DNA of 59,774 bases from Candidatus Bathyarchaeota archaeon (GTDB taxonomy: Archaea > Thermoproteota > Bathyarchaeia > Bathyarchaeales > Bathycorpusculaceae), in contig CAVZPM010000008.1 of NCBI GenBank assembly GCA_963777155.1, positions 1-59,774 of the forward strand, in the 5' to 3' direction. Below, piece by piece: positions 51,957 to 59,774 of the stretch (position 1 is its first letter; each line of letters opens with the position of its first letter). The translations under genes were made by a program, and so were the position numbers. The notes under the pieces were generated by a model. That model was not told where the DNA came from, did not search any database, and worked only from the letters and a program-made list of their open reading frames with translations.

Positions 51957-54399
51957 GTGTACCAAATAGGCAAAAGATTGTTCGTATTCACTACTATTAT
52001 ATTATTTATTGCTAGGCAGCTTTGCCCAGATACAAAGCGCAAACACTTCTAACCAGTCCACCTCAGACTGGACCGCACACCCAATGTATATTTCACCTTT
52101 TTCAGGATCTTTAACTCCAATAGGCTATACTCCAAGCCAGATAAGAACAGCCTATAACCTGCCATCTTCAGGCGGCAATGGAACAACAATCGCCATAATT
52201 GACGCCTATGACACACCAAACATACTGACTTACTATAACTCATTTTCTAATCAATATAATCTCCCGGACAACAGTACCGGCAATTTCATAGTCCATAAGA
52301 TGTCACAAAATATGCAAACCGATAGCAATTGGGCCATGGAAACCTGTCTAGATGTTGAATGGGCTCATGCCATAGCTCCCAACGCAACAATACTTCTTGT
52401 GGAAGCCGTTAATCCAACTGATTTTGCCCTTTTTTCAGCCGTCGATTATGCCGCAAGCCAGCCGGGCGTAGTTGCAGTTTCAATGAGTTGGGGTGGTGAT
52501 GAATTCTTCAACGAAGCAAATTTTGATTATCATTTCAATAAACCCGGCATCACTTTTTTTGCCTCTTCAGGTGACGACGGTTCGAAAGTGTTTTGGCCAG
52601 CGGTTTCAGCAAACGTGGTTAGTGTTGGGGGGACAACGCTTAATCTTAACTCCGATGGAACAGTAATTTCTGAGCTATCTTGGTATGATAGTAGCGGTGG
52701 GGTAAGCAGCTATGTAGCTAGACCTAATTTCCAAACAAACTTTGGACTTGCCTACGCTAAACGTGCTGTTCCGGATGTTTCTTACAACGGAAATGCTTCA
52801 ACTGGTGTTTCTGTTTACAATGGTACATGGTGGAAAGTAGGTGGTACGAGCGCAGGTGCACCTCAGTGGGCTGCGATTCATGCTCTCGGACTCTCTGTTA
52901 CCAACTCTAACCTTTACGGTAGAGCACTATCGGCATATTCTACCTATTTTCGAGACATAACTTCGGGATCTAACCATGTTAATTCCGCAACCTCAGGTTA
53001 CGACTTGGTGACCGGTTTGGGGAGTCCTTTGACAATTAATTTTGGGACTGAAGTTACCGTTTCTCCAACGTATGGTCCTCCAGGTGGTTTGTTAACAATC
53101 AATGGTGTAGGCTTTATCCCGGGAAGTTCAGTAAACATTTCCTACCGAAACTCAATCAATACCTCTTGGGTTTCACTATTCAACAACTTTACAATATCTG
53201 CAAATGAATTCTCTTTTCCCATTAGCGCCCCAGATCTGTTACAGAACAACATAGCAGGAGACAACCCGCAACAATTTGATACGATTACATTTAACGTCAC
53301 AGACAATAGCAACGGGCGCTCATACAAAACTGCCATTCCATACTCGGAATGGCGTAGAGGTATAGCTCAAATAGGCAACTTAACTGCCCAAGGATTATAC
53401 GGTAATGACACGAATTTGGCATTGAACATTTTTGTCCAAAACGGCGATTCTTTACCTATCAGCGGGAAATGGTTTAGCCCGGGCAATATTTCGCTATTTT
53501 GGGATGGTGAAGTCAATTTAGGCACAGTTCTAACGGACGAAACCGGGTTCTTTAATACAACCTTGCAAGTGCCAACAACAACTCCCGGACAACACACTCT
53601 AGTAATCAGGGATAACAGTTCTGATTTTTGTATTAACCTAACTCGTTTGCCAACCATTGCAAACAATTTCACCGATTCCTGGCAAACATCCGATGTTAAA
53701 TTGACCTTGACACCTGACTATGGAGTGAACGAAACGTTCTACAGAATAAACGGCGGTGCCACATTCAACGTTTCCAGTGATGGACAACCCACTATAACAA
53801 CTGAGGGCAGCAACAACACCCTTGAGTACTGGAGTACATGGAGTCCTGACGGAACAAGTACAATGGAGCTTCCACACGTAACTTTGATAGGAATAAAACT
53901 GGACAAAACTGCTCCAACAGGCTCAATAACACCCAGCGGAGTCATCGTTGACAACCCGAACATTACGCTTAGTTTGAATGCAAGCGATGGTGTTTCAGGA
54001 GTTGCACAGATGCGCTTTGCCAACGATAATAGCAACTGGTCAAGTTGGGAACCATATGGGGTTTCAAAAGAATGGACTCTGCAAGGTGGGGATGGAATAA
54101 AAAGCATTTTTGTTCAATTTATGGATAATGCAGGTTTAATATCAACATATAGTTGCACGGTCACTCTTGAAACATCAACCCCTTCACTGAGCCCATTAGT
54201 CTCAACAGCAAGTACAACACCAAATCCAACCCAAACACCAACTCAAACACCTACACCCTCACCGTTGAATACCCCAACACATACTCCTGAACCTTCCGTG
54301 ACACCTCAAGTGCCAGAATTAAACATTCAAATTATTATTATGCTACTTATCGTTTCAACACTTTTATTGGCGCTAATTTCTAAAAGAAACCGCAAATAA
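51957..54399 (+). CDS. Secreted S53 (sedolisin-like) peptidase with Ig-like domains, P/T linker and VPEL-TM-basic tail; probable frameshift in signal peptide
   Basis: ETCLDVEWAH, SSGDDG, GGTSAGAP, GYDLVTGLGSP. Confidence 0.88.
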
Positions 54400-54422
54400 A
54401 CCAAATAACTCAAGCGTTTTAA

Positions 54423-56105
54423 TTAGAGACTGCCTTGTACTCTTATTTTTTTATTAACGTCTTTTTCGCCTCTTAGGGCTGAAAATACAGCTGCCATGAC
54501 GCAGAGAACAGCTGCAATTATGAAGGCGATTGTCAGCGCGTTCATGAATGGTGAGGCGATTGCGTTGGGGAAGAAACGTTTGTCCTTCCAGAACGGTTAC
54601 TGTATGTTGGGATAATGCTGCAACCAAAGTTGGGTTCATGGTTTGAAGCAATGTTCCGATGGGGTTGTAGCCGAGGAAAGCTGCAAAGAGTGCTCCAGCT
54701 GCTGGTGTATGGCTGAATGCTGCTGCAACTTGTGGTGAAGCACCTGTGCTCGCTACTGCGGTCGAAAGCGCCGTTGGCAGGGTTGCGTTTAGCGAGATGA
54801 TGATTATGCTGAAGAATATAGCTTGACTGATGGTTTGTCCGCAGTTCTGCAGAGTGGAGCGCATGCCTGAAGCGGCGCCACGGTGTTCAGCTGGACAAGA
54901 ATTCATCACTGAAGCCATGTTAGGGGACATGAATATGCCATTTCCGATCCCCATGACTAAGAGAATTATTGCAAAAGGAAAATAACCGAAGTTGGCTGGC
55001 AGAAGCGTGAACGCTAAGAAGGCAATGGCAGTTATTATCATGCCCGAAGTGGCTAGGATTCGTGCGCCATGTTTGTCTGATAACCAGCCACTTAGAGGAC
55101 CAGTAATAGCTATGCCTATCGACATGGGGATCATGAAGATTCCAGCCCAAAACGGAGCAGAATCGTAGCTGTACCCTTGAAGAGGTAGCCAGATACCCTG
55201 CAAAAGCACCACAAGCATTATCATGACTCCGCCTCTGGACATTGCACTTAGGAAAGTTGCGATGTTTCCTGCGGCGAAGGTTCTGTTCTTAAACAGATCA
55301 AGTCTGAACATCGGGTCTGGCACTTTGCGTTCGATGAATGGAAATGCTACTAGTAAGCCGACGCCGGTGATTAACGAAGCGATGACCCAGGGGTTGCTCC
55401 AACCCATTGGAGAGTTGCCATAAGGTGTCAACCCGTAAGTTATAGACAGTAAAACAAGTGTTAAGCCACCGCCGAAACTGATGTTTCCCCAAATGTCAAG
55501 TTTTTGCTTCTTTCTTTGGATGTGTTGTTCTTTTAGTTTCCAATATGACCAGGCTGTGCCGATAATACCGACTGGAACGCTGACTAAGAAGACCAAACGC
55601 CAATCATAAACCGCCAAAACACCACCTAGTATCAATCCGATTAATGAGCCTGCCAGAAAAGCTAGCTGGTTTATTCCTAATGCTTTTCCGCGTTCGTTCT
55701 CGGGAAAAGCGTCGGTTATAATGGCTCCACTGTTTGAGAAGAGAAATGCAGCGCCTACTCCTTGTATGATCCGGAACACTATTAGCTTCAATGGCTCCTG
55801 CGTCGCCTGTATTGGGTGTTAAAAACAGAAGAATTGAGCCGATAGTGAATATGAGGAAACCCAGATTGTAAGAGTTTGACTCTTCCATAGATGTCAGATA
55901 GCCTGCCGAAGGTAACCAATAGGGTCGCCGTCACGATGCTATAACCGAACATTACCCAGAGTAGATATTGGAATGATGTGAAGGGATTGATGTTTATGCC
56001 TCTAAAAATCGAAGGCATCGCTATCAGAACTATGGTCATGTCGATTGAAGCCATCAACATACCAAGAGTCGTATTAGAAAGCGCAACCCACTTGTATTGA
56101 ACCAT
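54423..56105 (-). CDS. MFS drug:H+ antiporter (DHA2-like), several frameshifts
   Basis: [37 protein letters not shown] over multiple ORFs. Confidence 0.88.
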
Positions 56106-56418
56106 AATGTTAGGTCATCTGAGTGGAAGAGTTTTTTGGGCTAAAAGGATGTAGGGATTATAAAAAGTTGCTTTGGCAATGATTGATATTAAACGAATTC
56201 TTGCCTTGCTTGGAAAAATTGCTTTTCAGGTATTCTCGATGTCTGGAAAAAATGTGAAAGTCTTCTGGATAGGTTCTTTCACATTTAATCCATCTCAAGC
56301 GGCATACTTGAGGAAACACGAAGGTTCTCAAATTGGTTTATTCTGTTTTTCTTCGGGTTTTTTGTTGCTCTGCGGAATGCTGTTGTACATCATAGTCTTT
56401 TATTCGTTGTAAACATTT

Positions 56419-56681
56419 GATGAGGGGTTATACCCATTCCATTTTCCTTGGCAACGAGAAACAGGTTAAAGATTTTATGGAGAAAATTGATACGTTAGGA
56501 ATCCGATATAGAGTGGTTCTGTTGGCAGACGCTAACTTTTCACCCAGTCTCTCACCACTTAACCGGTTAACTGAGAAACGAGAGAAGTTATGATGTGGCG
56601 GCCTGAATCGGGTTACTATCTCATCTCCTAGAAAAATAACCTCAGAGGAGCTCGCGGAGAGACTTGGACTCGTGGGCTCCA
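56419..56681 (+). ncRNA. Putative structured non-coding RNA, family unknown
   Basis: Stems 56421-56431/56636-56644, 56447-56458 (GCAA tetraloop), 56479-56483/56624-56628, 56500-56507/56607-56614, 56533-56541/56582-56590, 56647-56655/56672-56680. G-U pairs on +. TTTTAT at 56398. Confidence 0.6.
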
Positions 56682-56718
56682 CTGTAGTGTAACATATACA
56701 AGGAAAGCTGAACAACGT

Positions 56719-57557
56719 CTAATGACCCAACTCTTTGAGTAATCGATGTTCTTTATTAAAACAGCACTTTCCTCTTCATCTTTAGATTGAAGTAGTTTCT
56801 TTAGAGTTGTGTGGCATTTGCTGCATTCAAACATCGTGTTGCGCATGAGGGACAAAACAATTCTTGTTTTCTCATCCGGTCCCAGGAGAGCAAGTGACAC
56901 GGTTGTTTTGTGCTTCGCCAGCGGGATCGGTTGATGTAGGGATTCCGAGTGTTTATCTTTTTTGGCTTCGGCTTTTCGGTGGACGACGATTTCTTTGTAC
57001 ACTTTGGTGATACTTGCTTTTCCCTCGCGTAGCTCCTGCTTCTCGTCTTCGGTGGCTTTTTCCAGGATTTTTTTGCCGCGTTCAAAAGTTCGAGTGGAAA
57101 CGCCACCTTTTTGGCAACGACTTCCGTGGCTTTTGCCTTGAATTCTGGCTCAAGGGTTGGGTCAGTGTCGTCGGACGCTAAGCCTAACTGCATATCCCGG
57201 CCGTTTTCCGCCTCTCGATTGACGCTTCTTTCGCAAGTGCTTTCTCGATTTCCAACAGCGGTACCGCTAACTCGACCAGTTGGAAGTTGTTTAGGTGGCG
57301 TCGCTAAGATTGGCTTCGATAACGAACTTTTTTTCCAGAAGTTTGTCATCGAATTTGCGGACTTCAAAATCTGGTTCTAAGCCAAGTTCAATGCAGGCTC
57401 GGAATCGATGATGTCCATCTAAGACTTCGAGGTCTTCGTTGACGATTATGGGGTAGTGTTGTCCTTCTGTTTGGATGGATGTTTTGAGTTGGTTGAATTC
57501 TTCCTCAGACATCTGTGGCAGCAATTTGTCATATTCAGGATTAATGTGCAGACTCAT
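56719..57557 (-). CDS. ParB/Srx N-terminal domain protein with HTH and C-terminal CxxC, frameshifted
   Basis: LKTSIQTEGQHYPIIV...LDGHHRFRAC...IEANL-RR; VAKKVGVSTRTFER; FECSKCH across frames. End inferred. Confidence 0.75.
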
Positions 57558-57852
57558 TGAGACCACTCAGTTCTTTATCGGTTTTATTATTTAAGTTGAA
57601 GGGTCATGTTGACTTCAGGATATAAAATGAACCCGCGTAAAATTGTCTAGTCAACCAGCAGCCTAGTTAAGAACTTAGTAAAAAAAGATGAAAAATTCAA
57701 CTTTGTTGCTAGTGAATCTTGGAACCACAAGTATTATTAGATCGCATGCAACTAAATTCTAAATCAGTAATAAAGTTAAAAATCTCATCATTGCGAGAAA
57801 AACTCGCATAGTGCGATTAACATAATCAATTAGAATATAACTCACATAGGAA

Positions 57853-59043
57853 GTGCATACTTACGGGAGCATCCCAAACATTTACGATTAAGTACGTTGT
57901 ACACGCTTAGATTGAAATTGAAGGTGTAGTTGAAAAACCCGATGTAATAGGCGCAGTTTTTGGTCAAACAGAAGGACTTTTTGGACCGGAGAACTAAACT
58001 TACGCGAACTTCAAAAAACAGGACGCATCGGTAGAATCGAAATTGACTTACACTCCAAAAACGATCGAACTACAGGTTCTATAACTATCCCAACAAGTTT
58101 AGACCGTGTTTCTACAGCCCTAATCGCAGCAAGCGTAGAGAGCATAAACCGCGTTGGACCATGCTCAGCTAAAGTAACCTTAGATAAAATCGAAGACATA
58201 CGTGAAGCACGTCGAAAAATAATCATCGACCGAGCCAAAGAAATTCTACACAAATGGAATATCGAATCCATGCCTAGCGTAGATGAAGTCTACAAAGAAA
58301 TCTCTGACACCAATGAAAGTTGGCAAAGTTGAAAAGTATGGACCTGAAGATTTACCCGCTGGACCAGGACTTGAGGGTGCTAAAGAAATCTTTGTTGTCG
58401 AAGGACGCGCAGACGTCATTAATTTGATGCGGTGCGGAATCTTTAACACAGTAGCTCTTGAAGGCGCAAAGGTTCCAGATTCAATAAAGAAGATTACCAA
58501 AGAAAGATTAGCAACCGCGTTGCTTGATGGCGACCGAGGCGGCGACTTAATACTAAAAGAACTCATGCAAGTAACTAACGTAAAGTTTGTCGGTCGCGCT
58601 CCAAGGGGTAAAGAAATCGAGGAATGCAACTGCAAAGAAATCTCTGAAGCCATAGAAAACGACATGCCGATCTTGAAGCAGGCGGAAAACCAGCTCCAGC
58701 CGCAGCGCCTCCAAAGAAGTTTCAGGTTCCTGAACGCGTCAAAATTGAAGTCCCCGACACAATAACTCAAGCTGCAAAAGCTTTGGTCGGCACTCTTGAA
58801 GCAGTCTTACTGAACGAAAAACTCGTCTTCAGAAGAACATCTCCCCGTGAGCCAACTTGCAGAGAAACTCTCACAGGTAACGGGCGTTAACACAGTGGTT
58901 TTCGACGGCATCATCACCCAACGAATCGTTGACATCGCGGCCGACAGAACATAAAACGCATCGTAGCTTCCGTGTCTCCGAAGCAGTCAAACCCGCATTA
59001 AACGTTGATTTGATAACATTCAAAGACGCAATACCGCGCCTAA
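57853..59043 (+). CDS. dnaG: Archaeal DnaG (primase-like/exosome-associated), multiple frameshifts
   Basis: IEGVVEKPDVIGAVFGQTEGL, LRELQKTGRIGRI, VVEGRADV, DGDRGG, RAP, VFDGIITQR. Confidence 0.9.
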
Positions 59044-59774
59044 ACATAATCCAATAGACCTCTTATTTCCTTTGTTTCTTTAGCTTCTTTTAACAATTCT
59101 GCTTCTGTTACGTCGAAAAACGCAAGTATCCGTGAGGCGGCAGGTAACTTGCTAACGTCCTATATGATAATCAACATCTATTTTGTTCTGATTGGCGAAG
59201 ATATACGGCTTGGCACAAGATTGTTGCTAGGCGTCCTTTCCCTTCATGGATGACGTAGCCCACTTTGTCGCCGCTTGTTACGAGACGCAGCCCTTTTCCT
59301 TAAGCATTTTTGCTGCTTCCACATGGGGAGCTTTTATGGCATATTCTTCTGGGGCTTTAGTTAGGGTTTTCCAAATTATTAGGTCTTTAACTGGAATTTT
59401 GCGTAGTTACAATTCAGTGACAATCGAACGCACATAAGCAACTGCATTTTTTACTGATTGCTCTTTTAGGTAGATTTTCTAATACGTGTTCCTATTCTAT
59501 TTTTTTGCTACTTCAGCCCAGTCGCCGCGAATAACCTCCAAACCCACAATGTAGAGGCTCCCATCCTGGCGCAAGCCCCGCATAACGTTTCTTTGCTTCG
59601 GTAAAGAAAATCCGCGTGTAAACCTCGCCGATTTCTACATCCAACTTGAGCTCTTGCTTAATCTGATTTTTTAATTCTTCAATCTTGACTTGATCATACG
59701 TGGATCAACTATAAGTATCCCCATAGACAACTTCTATACCCTTTTGCTTGCACATCTTTTTTCAGCTGCCAAAA
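59040..59774 (-). CDS. polB: C-terminal part of a family B DNA polymerase, heavily error-disrupted
   Basis: Manual translation: IFFTEAKKRYAGL, IVGLEVIRGDWAEVAK, LIIWKTLTKAPEEY, PHVEAAK, GDKVGYVI, PAASRIL. Confidence 0.85.

Noticed and set aside
56173-56715. ORFs 56173-56412 (+) and 56428-56715 (-); hammerhead ribozyme at TGATGAG
   Set aside because: No protein motifs, and the region is better explained by RNA structure. The CUGANGA...GAAA core geometry is not satisfied.
2565-59774. Programmed frameshifting or widespread pseudogenisation
   Set aside because: Indels hit unrelated and essential genes and share no slippery motif. In the duplicated block, the other copy is intact at the same sites. 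Sequencing error is simpler.

Overview
Archaeal chromosomal segment, most consistent with Bathyarchaeia or a related TACK lineage. This is inferred from gene content: single-OB crenarchaeal-type SSB, CdvB/Snf7, archaeal DnaG, family B polymerase, DGGGP synthase, aIF2-beta and VPEL-TM-basic C-termini. Most genes are housekeeping or transport. Many single-base frameshifts look like sequencing/assembly errors, and they become dense in the last ~5 kb. A ~5.8 kb block (3' malic enzyme to DUF47) is present twice in tandem as two diverged alleles, probably a two-strain chimera. The most interesting signals are non-coding: (1) a ~235-nt multi-stem RNA candidate at 537-768 with its own TATA box; (2) a ~265-nt rod-plus-hairpin RNA candidate at 56419-56681; (3) two tandem copies of a structured element at 19792-20116 that pairs fully only on the minus strand. 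All three show strand-specific G-U pairing and match no RNA family I recognise. Also notable are a stand-alone NurA-HerA pair with a divergent wHTH gene and a palindrome-packed spacer, an RGG-tailed SSB, an orphan ParB-like gene and a membrane-anchored multicopper oxidase. No tRNA, rRNA, CRISPR array or transposase was seen. All base-pairing was assigned by eye.
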